From: Cenococcum geophilum
Taxonomy: Eukaryota
DNA: 64,000 bases
Assembly (NCBI GenBank): GCA_050273025.1
Contig: CP158635.1
Location: 24,180,001-24,244,000 of the forward strand
Direction: 5' to 3'
Shown: one piece after another, positions 51,645 to 64,000 of the stretch
Position numbering within the stretch: position 1 is the stretch's first letter
How the letters are laid out: every line of letters begins with the position of its first letter
Notes under the pieces: model-generated
Seen by the model: the letters and a program-made list of their open reading frames with translations, nothing else
Told to the model about the DNA's origin: nothing
Databases searched by the model: none
Position numbers and translations under genes: made by a program

Positions 51645-53039
51645 ATTACTACGTATATTAATAATATTTTAATTTATTTGTCTTTACTTTTTAAGTATTA
51701 AAAGCACGTCTAAATAGTCCTTAAACGCCTATAAGACGCGGGCTTATAATATAATATTAAGAAATACAAGTTCTACATATCTAAAGTTACGTACTTAGGC
51801 CTAATTATATCCCGTAACGGAATTAAAATAGACCCTAAAAAAATTGCTATAATTATAAACTAGGAAAGTCTTAATAGTATATAAAATATCTAAGGATTTC
51901 TAGGATTTGTAAATTTCTATTATTAATTTATTAATTACTTTTTAAAAATTGTTTAGCTATTAATAAACTTAATAAGGAAGAATATAAGATTTAAACAGAC
52001 TACTAAATATAAATAAGCTTTTAATAACCTAAAATATCGTTTTATAACTGCTTTAATTCTTATATACTTTAATCCGGACCTTAAATATATTATTAAAATA
52101 GACTTGTCTAATTATATATTAGGAGGAGTGTTATTACAATATAATAAGAATAGCGAGCTATGCCTAGTAGCCTTTCTCTCCCAGAAACTTACCCCTACTA
52201 AATTAAACTATAAGATATATAATAAGGAACTACTTATAATTATTAGATGCTTTAAATAATAGCGTCTAGAACTTAAAGGATTATTATTCCTAATATGCGT
52301 ATTAACGGACTATAAAAACCTGCAGTACTTTATAACTATAAAGCAATTAATATAACGCTAAATTCGTTAGGCCAAATACCTCTTATAATTTAACTTTAAG
52401 ATTATATATTAACCTAGCAAACTTAATTAAAAGCCTAACTTATTAATATAATAATTATACAACTGTATAATTATAGCACCTATTATACTAACCGCGTGCT
52501 TACGCGTTTGGTACACCAACCACGCGTCTACGCGTTAGGTGCACTAACTACCCGCTTACGCGTCTAGTGCACTTCTAAAGCACTAACTAATTAAGGGGGG
52601 AGGGACGCATTAGTATATAGACCACGTAGTCTGCTTTAATATAATCGATAGTTACTACCATCCTAAAGAGCATACGATACTATACGTATTTCGTGCCCCG
52701 GGATATGACTTACTTATACCATTAAGTTAGTATAAACACTAATTAGTAAGCGCGCATAGATTAGCAATCACTTAATACCTCCCCTAAGCGATACTCGATA
52801 GCGACCACCTATTTAAACTCCTAGTACAACCTACTAGAAGGTCGGAAGTCGGGGATTACGGACTTATCTCTAACTCTGTATACTTATTTAAGTCTTAGTA
52901 CGGTTTACTAGAAGTTATAAACGCGAATACAGACCTTTACGGAACCCCCTACCCTTCTGCAAACCGGTACGGACCTATTAACCGCCTTTACGGACCACTA
53001 TAAGACCTTTTCCACCCGCTACGTACTATACTATATAGT

Positions 53040-56000
53040 ATAGCAGACATAAGCAAGCAGATTAATAAAGGTTAAAAGAAATGGAGCTAAGGAGTCGACC
53101 TTATGTCTATAACTGACGTTAACAACTACATTAAATATAAAATCCTTAAATACGGATATTTTAAGCTTATAAATAACGACCTATAGGAGCAATATAAGGA
53201 AGACTTTGCGGACTTTACGGAAGCTATTTTTAAGGCTTATAACCCTACTGCCATCCGTAACCTATAAACCCTTTTATATCACTAAGGCGTATGGGTTAAA
53301 AGGGATAAACAAGTTACTGTTGCACGGTCTCTATACAATATACTATATAAGGAGGACTAAACGGAATAGACTAAAGAGTAGATTTTAAATTATATTAAAA
53401 CCAGCGACCTCTTTGCCTCCTTTAAACTTAACAGAATCTTTAGCCTTATAGCTAACCTATTTAACCAAATTCGTTCTATAAACCTAAGTGGCATTAGAAT
53501 TAATCTTACTGGCTAAAGTATACCTAATACTTAAGTTATGGACCATAATACCACCGTAACCCAAATTACAGACTATAATACCCCCGTAAACTAAAATACG
53601 GACTAAACCCCTTCCGTTACTTAAGTTATAGATCCGCAACCTACTTAAGTAAAGACCTACGGCAAGGAACTAGCTAACCTAGCTAAGCTCTATACCGACA
53701 AATCTAAGTATAGCGGTAAAAACGATAATTTTGACTTTAAACTAACTATCTTTACGGACCTTTGCTAGAAGGCTAATATTTCTAAACAAGAGTTTAGCTA
53801 AGCCTACTCTACCATACTGCGCGGCCTAGCACTTAACTACTATTACACTAACCTTAAGAGTAACCCTCTTGGTGTTCCCTTTAATAAGCTATATAAAGCT
53901 ACCTATAACTACTTTAAAGGACCGGAATATAAGCGTAATATCCTTACTTAATGGAATGCGACTAAGCTACGGACCGTAATCAACAAAAACACTGAAAAAT
54001 TGACTATAGAGTGCCTGTAAATTCTTATTAAAGACCTCCAGCACCTATAGCACGGCCTTAATACTAAGCTTTAAATAGACAACTTCCTATATAATAAACT
54101 TATTACGGCCTACTAGGAAGTAGAGCCCTACAAGTACGCTTATTATAAGCCTACAGATACCTTAACTAGCCTTATTAATAATTTACGCTCCTCTATTATA
54201 ACGTATAAAGTCTTAAACCCACTAGGTAGCACTTAAGCCTTTATTACGGATATTTAATATCTATAAATAGACTTAGACGTCTACTTTACGGACCGCCGCT
54301 ACCACTAGCAGCACCCGTACTAACCAAGTCCTACCTATAACCCCTACAGCAACCCCTATACGAAAATATACCCCTATAGATAAACTAGCCAAAAGTGCTT
54401 TATGTGCGGTAAGAAAGAATATTAGTCTATAAGGTATACCTAGGAAGAATATAATAAGTCTAAGAAGAGACTTAATAGCCATATTAACTAGTTCATTTTA
54501 GAATACGAAGGAGAGGAAGTAGAAGAGCCCCCTAATAAGTTAATAGAAGCCCTTATAATTAACTTTAACTTAAACGCTTAGGAATAAGAGACCTTAGAGA
54601 TATTCCTAACCACTTTCAGACCTTTTATAGACAGCTAAGCCTTTAATACTATAACCGTATTAGCCAACCGTTCCTTTATATACTTAGTTGCACCTAAAAA
54701 CTATTCCATAAGTACCCCCATTATAGATATTATAGATTATAAGCAGGACCTATTTATATATATTACTATAGAATACTATACCCCTAAGGAATTCTATAGT
54801 ATTATAATCGACATAGGTGCCTCTAAGAAGTCTACCGTAGGCTACGGATAATACCTCGCATATAGGACCACTATAAATAATAATACGGACATTAATATTA
54901 CGTAAACTGGGGCCGTAAACGTCTAATTTGGCATCAGCTTAACCGCATTAATTAGATTAGTTAAAGTTAAGACTCTAATTAGCCTAGTTAACTTCTATAT
55001 AGTAAAAGCGGACACCTCTTTCCTACTTTGCCTTGCGGATATAGATAGGCTATAGGTCTACTATAACAATGTTATAGACACCCTAATTAGCCTTATAACT
55101 GCCCTAGGAAGCAAGCATATCACCCTACTAATTACACAACAATTCGGACACCCGTTCCTTATATAGGGAGAGACTTTACGGACCTACATTTAGGAATCTT
55201 TTAACTATAACCCGTGCTACCTTACTAGTACAGAAATCCACCGCCTATACTACTGTTTCGGCTACCTATTAGCCAAAAAGCTGTATAGAGTCCTTAAACG
55301 CTCTAGATATAACAACGTTAATAGGAAGGCAGTTAACCACCTAACTAAATACTACTCCTTTTACCAGAAATACGGACGTTCCTTAGGCCGATTTAAGTTT
55401 ACTTTTTATAAAGACCTTAATTTTAACTACTTAGTATACGTAGATATTATATACATTAATAGCAGCCTAGTATTATATATAATTAACAAGGCAACCCACT
55501 ATTAAGCCGCCCGTTAGTTATAAAATATATCCATAAAATATACTTAGGATATTTTACGGACCTACTAGATTAACATATACGTTGGACCCCCTAAGTATAT
55601 TACCCACAACACTAATAGGAACTTTATTAGTAAGGAATTCTAGCAGTATACTATAGCCATAGCTATATTAATAAAAGCTGTCCTAGTTAAGGCGTATTAG
55701 TCTATTAGGTTTATTAAGCAAGCTTACCTAACTTTATAGAGAGCTTACTAAATTATTACAGACAAATGTAAGGATATCTAAAAGGAACTGGCTCTATAAA
55801 TGGCCGTAAAAGCCATTAACAACACCGCTAGCCCTAACAGACTAGTACCTACCCTTTTAGTTTACGGAGCTTACCCAAGGATAAGCAACCTAGGCCCTCC
55901 TACCCCATCTATTACGGAACGAGCAGCTATAATACAAAAGGTAATAGCCGAAATAGTCAAATTACGGGCCAAATAAGCCGTTAATAGCGCCCTATATCAC

Positions 56001-57968
56001 CGCAACGGACCTAATACAACCTTAGTTTATAACCTCCCGCTTAATTCTAAAGTCCTTATATAGCGTAAGAGCGGTAACTAAACTGGACCTTATTGTCTAC
56101 TAGCTGTAGAAGACGAAATATACTGCGTATAACTTCCTAGCAAACCGACTAACTTTAGAAGCACGTCCGTAAAACCCTACTTTTGGTCTAAAAATACCTG
56201 TGCCGCCGAACCAGACGAACTAAAAGCACCCACTAAGCTAGATAAACTGGAAGCACCCCTACCTACTTTGGAAGTCCCCTAGAAACCCATTAAACCGGCC
56301 ATAAAGTGCGGTTAAGGACGCCCCTAAAAGCACCCTATAACTAAGAACCCTATAATAGAGAATTACCTAACCTCCGCAGGAATATCCGCAAGGCAATCTC
56401 CGCCTGCGGATATATTAGTTCTAGTATAGAAAACCCCTTTTACGGACTTATAACGCAAAGAGATTAACAAACTACTTAAAAAGGGCGTCTTTACGGTTAT
56501 AATGGAGAGAGACGTTCCGCAAGGCGTCCGTATATTTAACTTACGCTTCGTTAATAAAATTAAGCACCCTAGTACTAACAAAGCTTTTAAAAAATTAAGG
56601 CTTGTTATACAAGCCTATAACGACTAAGGAAAGGACTTAGTCCTTATATAATCGCCTACAATTTAATAAGTTAGCTAACGAATTATACTTATACTTACGC
56701 CGGGGCTACAGCAAACTAAACCCGTAGCCCTCTACTTACGGGATATCTCGTAAGCCTATATGCAGTCTAATACCTACCTAAGTAGGGACATCTTTATATG
56801 ACTACCCTACGAGCTTAACCTATAACTAGGAATAATTTTATAGGTTATAAAACCTCTTTACGGAGTACTAGAAACTAGAAACTATTAATTTAAGATATAC
56901 TACTAGCACCACGTTAATAAACTTAAAATGGAATAGTTAACCTACGACCCCTACCTCCTATACAGCCCATTAAACGGCCTTAGTATTATTAGACTTTAAA
57001 TAGACAATACCCTATTCCTAGCAGACTAGACCTTTATAGACGCTAAAGAAACTAAACTATAAAAGGCTAAGTTCTTAGTAAAGCTATAAGAGCAGTTAAC
57101 TAAGTAGAATCTGATTAAGTTTAATAGAGGTTTAATTATATAAAAGGGCAACCTAATTAAGCTAACTTAGGAACGCTAGGCTTAAAACCTAAAGCCTATT
57201 ATAGCAAAGCCTACGGACCTTACTAGCTCCCGCGGAGAGACCCGTAAGACTATAAATATAAAGGACTAATACGTTATACAGCGTACAAGAGGCGCCTATA
57301 TTGCCATAGTCTACTAACCTAAATCTGCCTACAATTTGTCCTTTACGGCCTAGGCAATAGATCTGTAAAAAAAAATTAAGCAGCTTAATAAGCGCATTTA
57401 GTGGCAAATTAATAATACAGTAAGGGGACTTACTTTTATACTACTAGACCTAAGTTCCCTTAGCTTACTGGCATTTACGGACGCCTCCTTTGCCAATAAT
57501 AAAGACCTATCATCACAAATCGGCTTTGTTATTGTACTTATAGACCATAATTAGGACGCAAATATACTGCACTAGTCTTTAATTAAGTGCAAATAAGTAA
57601 CCTGCAGTGTGCTAGCTTCTAAACTATATATACTAGCTTACGGCTTTAATATAGCAGCCGCAATTAAATCAACGGTCTAGAAGATTCTATAACTAGAGCA
57701 GTTACCCCTAGTTTTATACACCGATTTAAAGTCCCTCTATAACTACCTAGTTAAACTAGGTACGACATAAGAGAAGAGGCTTATAGTCGACCTAATATGC
57801 TTACGTCAGGCCTATAAATAACGTAAAATTGCGGAGGTTAAATGGATTAGCAGTAAAAACAACTTAGTAGACGCTATGACTAAGGCAAAGCCGTGTTAAG
57901 CCCTTAAAACCCTAATTGATATAAATAAGCTTAATTTAAAAGTTATAAAATGGGTAGAACGAGACTAA
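53040..57968 (+). pseudogene. pol: RIP-degraded Copia polyprotein of G
   Basis: CFMCGKKE knuckle at ~54395, IIDIGAS protease at ~54805, integrase 55230-55880, RT motif at 56997-57008, stop at 57966-57968. Confidence 0.87.
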
Positions 57969-58191
57969 CGGAGTACCTATAGTACGTCTACGGCCCGTTA
58001 GAAGGCCGTACGGTTTACTATACGGTCCATTCTACGGACCGTAAGCTATTAAATAATTAGCACAGGCAGATTGCCCCAAATTGCCGCAAAATTGCCCATG
58101 TTACGGTATAGGTGGAAAATGGTGGAAAAGCTGCGGTAAAACTTAATAGACTTACGTAACCTGCCGAATTCTACAGGGTGGTTAAAATTGA

Positions 58192-58237
58192 CCAATTACG
58201 ATTTTCCATCCCCGGGATGGAAAATCGCCATTAGCTC
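58192..58237 (+). promoter_or_regulatory. perfect palindrome CGATTTTCCATCCC-C-GGGATGGAAAATCG in the G 3' UTR
   Basis: 14-bp arms with a 1-nt centre (58199-58227), CCAAT upstream and ATTAG (RIP-mutated ATTGG) downstream. Confidence 0.6.
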
Positions 58238-58999
58238 GCTTAGCACTAGCGCCTTAGCGGCCCTTAAGATCTGATTTACGGCTAGCTTAAAACACCGTTT
58301 AGAAGGCAGTCTAGATGGCACCTTAGGGGAGATTTCCTATATATTTTCCTTTGTGTTTTACGGTTCTATTAAAGCAATTACGGAGACTATATATAGGTGG
58401 TTCTATTTTTTAAGTACCGCTAGTATATAATTATAGCACCTATTATACTAACCGCGTGCTTATACGTTTGGTACACCAACTACGCGTCTACGCGTTAGGT
58501 GCACTAACTACCTACTTACGCGTTTAGTGTACTTCTAAAGTACTAACTAATTAAGGGGGGAGGGACGCATTAGTATATAGACCACGTAGTCTGCTTTAAT
58601 ACAATTAACAGTTACTACCATCCTAAAGAGCATACGATACTATACGTATTTCGTGCCCTGGGATATGACTTACTTATACTATTAAGTTAATACAAATAAA
58701 AAATTACCTATAAACGCCTCTAATAAACGGATTATAAATTAATTATAAATTCTACTACTCCCTAAACGCTTTATGAAACTATACCCTATATTTCTAAATA
58801 TAGAGCTTAATAGGAATAAATTGGAAATTAATAAGTAGGATATAAAAATTAATAAATTAATAGAATATAAATATAAGAATGACCCCTAGATAGTAAATAT
58901 AATAAAAGCGATTTAAATAGGGAAACGGCAATATAAGGATATTATACTCGCTAAATGCAAAATCTATAATAATTGGTTGTACTATTAATAGAAGATAGT

Positions 59000-61900
59000 T
59001 ATTTATACTAACTTAATAGTATAGGCGAGTCGTGTCTAGGGGCACGAAATACGTATAGTATTGTATGCTTATTTAGACGGTGGTGACTATCAATTCTATT
59101 AAGGTAGGCTACGTAGTCTATATACTAACGTACCTCCCCCCTAACTAGCTAGTATTTCAGAAGTGCACTAGACGTATAAGCGAGTGGGTATACCGAATGC
59201 GTAAATACGTACTTGGTATATTAAACGCGTAAGCACGCGGTTAGTATAATAGGTGCTGTAATTATACACTGGCGGTACTTAAAAAATGGAACCACCTACG
59301 TATAGCCTCCGTAATTGCCTCAACAGAACCATAAAAGACGTAAGGAAATGTATAGGAAATTCTCCCTAAGGTGCCGTCTAGTCTGCCTTCCAAACAGTAC
59401 TCTAAGCTAGCCGTAAGTCCTGCTTACGGTCCGTAAAATAAACTGTACGGCCTTCCGATAGGCTATAGGTTAGATCTTAAGGGCCGCCAAGGCGCTAGTG
59501 CTAAGCGAGCTAATGGCGATTTTCTATCCTGGGGATGGAAAATCATAATTAGTTAATTTAACTACCGTAGTAGAATAATAGGCTGTATAAGCCGTACGGC
59601 CTTCTAACAGGCCGTAACTAAACCGTAAATGCTCCGTTAGTCTCGCTCTACCCACTCTATAACCTTTAGGTTAAGCTTATTTATATTAATTAGGGTTTTA
59701 AGAGCTTGGCACGGTTTTGCCTTAGTTATAGCATCTACTAGGTTGTCTCCGCTGCTGATCTATTTAACCTCTATAATCTTACGTCGTTTATAGGCCTAAT
59801 ATAAGCACATTAGGTCGACTATAAGCCTCTTCTCCTATGTCGTACCTAGTTTGACTAGGCAGTCGTAGAGGGACTTTAAATCGGTGCATAAAACTAGGGG
59901 TAGCTGCTCTAATTATAAGATCTTCTAGATTATTGATTTAATTGCGGCTGCTATATCAAAGCTATAAGCTAGTGCATATAGTTTAGAAGCTAGTACACTT
60001 CGGGTTACTCGTTTGCACTTAATTAAAGACTAGTATAGTATATTTACGTCCTAATTGCGGTCCGTAAGTACGATTATAAAGCCAATTTGTAATAATAGGT
60101 CTTTGTTATTAGTGAAGGAGGCGTTTATAAATACCATTATACTAATGGAATTTAGGTCTAGCGGTATAAAAGTAAGTCCTCTTATCATATTGTCAATTTG
60201 CTATTAAATGCGCTTATTAAGTTGCTTAATATTTTCTTCTTATAGATCTACTGCCTGGGCCGCAAAGGATAAGTTATAGGTAGATTCGGGTTAATAGACT
60301 GTGGCAATATAGGCGCCTCTTACACGCTATGCAGCGTATTAGTCCTTTATATTTACGGTTTTATAGGTCTCTTCGCGGGAACTAGTAAGGTCCGTAGGCT
60401 TTGCTATAACGAGCTTTAGGTTTTAAGCTTGGCGTTCCTAAGTTAGCTAGATTAAGTTGCCCTTCTATATAATTAAGCCTCTGTTAAACTTAATTGGAGT
60501 CTGCTTAGTTAACTACTTTTGCGGTTTTGCTAGGAACTTAGCCTCTTACAGTTTAGTCTCTTCCGTGTCCATAAAAGTTTAGTCCGCTAAAAAGAGGGTA
60601 TCGTCTGTTTAGAGTCTAACGATACTAAGGCCGTTCGATAGGGTATGTAGAAGGTAAGGGTTATAGGTCGACTGCTCTATCTTGAGCTTACTAACGTGGT
60701 GTTAGTAGTATATCTTAAACTAATAGTTTCCAGCTTCTAGTACTCTATAAAGTGGTTTTACGACCCGTAAAATTATTTCTAGTTATAGATTAAGCTTAAG
60801 CGGTGGCCGTATAAAGATATCCCTACTTAGGTAAATATTTGACTGTACGTAGGCTTGTGAGATGTCCCGTAAGTAGAGGGCTACGGGTTTAGTTTACTAT
60901 AGTCCCAGCGTAAGCGCAAGTATAATCCGTTAACTGGCCCGTTAAATTATAGGCAATTATATAAGGACTAAGTCCTTTCCTTAGTCGTTATAAGCTTATA
61001 TAACGAGCCTTAACTTTTTAAAGGCTTTATTAATACTAGGGTGCTTAATTTCGTTAATAAAGCGTAAGTTAAATATACGGACGCCTTACAAAACGTCTCT
61101 CTCCGTTATAACCGCAAAGACGCCCTTTTTAAGTAGTCTGTTAATCTCTTTACGTTATAAGTCTGTAAAAAGGGTTTCCTGTATTAAAACTGATATATCC
61201 GTAGGCGGAAATTGCTTTGCGGATATGCCTATAAAGGTTAGGTAATTCTCTATTATAGGGTTCTTGCGGGGGCGTCCTTGGCCACGCTTTACGGTAGGTT
61301 TAGTAGTTTTAGTGGGTTTCTAGGGGACCTTTGGGGTAGGTAAAGGTGCTTTTAGTTTATTTAATTTAGCGGGTGCTTCTGGTTTATCTAATTTAGCGGG
61401 TGCTTCTAGTTTATCTGGCTCGGCGGGTGCTTCTGGTTCGTCCGGCTTAACGTTATAGGTATTTTTGGACCGAAAATAGGGTTTTACAGATGTGCTTCTG
61501 AAGCTTATTAGTCCGCTAGGGAGCTATACATAGTAGGTCTCGTCTTCTACGGCTAGTAGACGGTAAGGTCCGGTCTAATTACCGCTTTTACGCCACACAA
61601 GGACTTTAGAATTAAGCGGGAGGTTATATACTAGGGTTATATTAGGTCCGTTGCGGTAGTATAGGGCATTATTAACAGTTTATTTGGCCTGTAGCTTAAC
61701 CACTTCAGCCATTGCCTTCCATATTATAGCTGCTCGTTCTGTAATAAATAGGGCAAAAGGGTCTAGTTTACTTATCCTTAGGTAGGCTCCGTAGACTAAG
61801 AGGGTAAGTACTAGTCCGTTAGGGCCGGTGGTATTATTAACGGCTTTTACGGCCATCTATAAAGCCAGTTCCTTTTAAATATCCTTATACTCATCTATAA

Positions 61901-64000
61901 TAATCTAGTAAGCTTTCCGTAGAGCTAGGTAAGCTCACTTAATAAGCCTAATAGACTAGTGCGCCTTAACTAGAACAGCTTTTGTTAATATAGCCATAGC
62001 CGTAGCATACTGCTAGAATTCCTTACTAATAAAGTTCCTACTAGCGTTATGGGTAATATACTACGGAGGTCCGACGTATATGTCAATCTAGCAGGTCCGT
62101 AAAATATCCCAAGTATATTTTATGGATATATTTTACAACTAACGGGCGGCTTAATAGTGGGTTGCCTTATTAATTATATATAATACTGGACTGCCGTTAA
62201 TATATATAATGTCTATGTATACTAAGTAGTTAAAGTTAAGGTCCTTATAAAGGGTGAACTTAAATCGGCCTAGGGAACGTCCGTATTTCTAGCAAAAGGA
62301 GCAGTATTTAGTCAGATAATTAACTGCCTTCCTATTAACGTCGTCATGTCCAGAGCGTTTAAGGACTCTATATAGCTTTTCGGCTAACAGGTAGCCGAAA
62401 CGGCGGTATAGACGGTGGATCTCCGTACTGGTAAAGTAGCACGGGTTATAGTCAAAAGATTCCTAAATGTAGGTCTATAAAGTCTCTCCCTATATAAGGA
62501 ACGGGTATCTAAATCGTTGTGTAATTAGTAGGGTAATATACTTACTTCCTAGGGCAGTTACGGGGCCAATTAAGGTGTCCGTAATATTGTTATAGTACAC
62601 CTATAACCTGTCTATGTCTGTAAGACAGAGTAGAAAGAGGGTGTCCGCTTTTACTATATAGAAGTTAACTAGGCCAATTAGAGTCTTAACTTTAACTAAT
62701 CTAATTAATGCGGTTAAGCCGATGCCGAATTAGACGTTTACGGCCCTAGTTTATATAATATTAATATCCGTATTATTATTTGTGGTGGTCCTATATACAA
62801 GGTATTGTCCATAGCCTGTGGTGGACTTTTTTAAGGCACCTATATCAATTATAACACCGTAGAATTCTTTAGAGGTATAGCGTTCTATAGTAATGTATAT
62901 AAATAGGTCCTATTTATGGTCCGTAACGTCCATAATGGGTCTAGCGGGTATACTTATAGATTAGTTTTTAGGTGTAATTAAGTGTATAAATGAGCGGTCG
63001 GCTAATACGGTTATAATATTAAAGGCTTAGCTGTCCGTAAAAGGTCCAAAAGTAGTTAGGAATATCTCTAAGGTCTCCTATTCCTAGTTATTTAGGTTAA
63101 AGTTAATTATAAGGGCTTCTATTAACTTATTAGGGGGCTCCTCTTCTTCCTCTCCTTCGTATTCTAAGATAAACTAGTTAATCTGTTTATTAAATCTCTT
63201 TTTAGACCTATTACGTTCTTCCTAGGTATACCTTATAGACTAACATTCTTCCTTACCACACACAAAGCATTTCTAGCTTATTTGTCTACAGGGGTATACT
63301 TTTATACAGGAGTTGCTACGGGGGTTACAAGTAGGACTTAGTCGGTACGGGTGCTGCTAATAGTAACGGCGGTCCGTAAAGTAGACGTCTAAGTCTATTT
63401 ACGGATATTAAATATCCGTAGCAAAGGCTTAAGTGCTGCCTAGCGGGTTTAAGACTTTATACGTTATAATAGAGGAGCGTAAATCATTAATAAGGCCAGC
63501 TAAGGTATCTATAGGCTTATAGCAGGCATACTTATAGGGCTCTACTTCCTGGTAAGCCGTAATAAGTTTGTTATACAGGAAGTCGTCTATTTAAAGCTTA
63601 GCGTCAAGGCCGTACTATAGGTGCTAAAGGTCTTTAATAAGGATTTATAGACACTCTATAGTCGATTTTTCGGTATTCTTGTCGATTACGGTCCGTAGCT
63701 TAGTCGCATTCTATTAGGTAAGGATATTACGCTTATATTCCGGTCCTTTAAAGTAGTTATATATAGCTTCGCATAGTTTATTAAATGGAACACTAAGGGG
63801 GTTGCTCTTAAGGTTGGTGTAGTAATGGTTAAGGGCTAGGCCGCGTAGTATAGTAGAGTAGGCTTGGCCGAACTCCCGTTTAGGAATATCGGCCTTCTAA
63901 TAAAGGTCCGTAAAGATAGTCAGTTTAAAGTCGAAATTGTCGTTTTTACCGCTATACTTTAATTCGTCGGTATAGAGCTTGGCTAGGTTAGCTAGCTCCT
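59000..64000 (-). mobile_element. Copia G2 (family G), 3' LTR and most of the polyprotein, continues beyond the window
   Basis: 3' LTR at 59000-59268; 59637-64000 is the reverse complement of G ~53670-57968. Confidence 0.92.
59637..64000 (-). pseudogene. pol: RIP-degraded Copia polyprotein of G2
   Basis: RT motif TAA-ACA-GAC-GAT (*TDD) at 60611-60600; colinear with G. Confidence 0.87.

Larger units (their letters stand above)
52464..58698 (+). mobile_element. Copia G (second GalEa-like family), full length
   Basis: 275-bp LTRs at 52464-52738 and 58424-58698, order gag-PR-IN-RT-RH. The TSD is not clean (ACAAC versus AAAAA). Confidence 0.92.
39942..64000 (+). mobile_element. Gypsy H with at least seven nested insertions; 3' end presumably beyond the window
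   Basis: LTR-like 39942 to ~40327, gag 46459-47830 with CFRCGKKG knuckle, protease at ~47960, RT 50700-51850 (TYINNIL at ~51650), RNase H 52000-52460, pre-integrase 58699-58999. The pieces rejoin across the inserts. Confidence 0.8.

Noticed and set aside
45531..57407. Short ORFs at 45531, 53206, 54273, 56363 and 57189
   Set aside because: They are antisense or shifted frames within Copia F and G coding regions.
1..64000. Alternative genetic code with TAA/TAG read as Gln
   Set aside because: The stops replace both Gln and Trp codons, vary between copies, and accompany genome-wide transitions on both strands, which is the RIP pattern.

Overview
This window has no host genes that I can support. 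It is an AT-rich, heavily RIP-mutated transposon cluster typical of a filamentous ascomycete (Pezizomycotina): TpA is in extreme excess, CpA/TpG are depleted, and Gln/Trp codons have become TAA/TAG. Nearly all of it resolves, through LTR pairs, TIRs and target-site duplications (TSDs), into two nested stacks. Stack 1 is Gypsy chromovirus A (1925-36184, minus, TSD TATAG). It contains two TA-targeting TIR elements, Gypsy B (with Gypsy C inside its LTR), a solo LTR, and Copia E1 (with Copia E2 inside). Stack 2 is Gypsy H (39942 to beyond the window end, plus). It contains Copia F, two solo LTRs, an ORF1-only LINE-like element, a MITE, and two tail-to-tail Copia copies G and G2. Between the stacks are Fot1/pogo-like MITEs, a 5'-truncated Tad1-like LINE and a solo LTR. 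The most interesting observations are: (i) an antisense, probably intron-containing Zn(II)2Cys6-like plus coiled-coil gene in Gypsy A; (ii) a 27-bp palindrome flanked by inverted CCAAT motifs, shared by the 3' UTRs of five Copia copies and one Gypsy element; (iii) a complete TSD-flanked retroelement encoding only LINE ORF1; (iv) a 1.6-kb non-coding TIR element packed with GC-rich minisatellites. Element letters are my own labels. All coordinates were read by eye, and coding boundaries are approximate.
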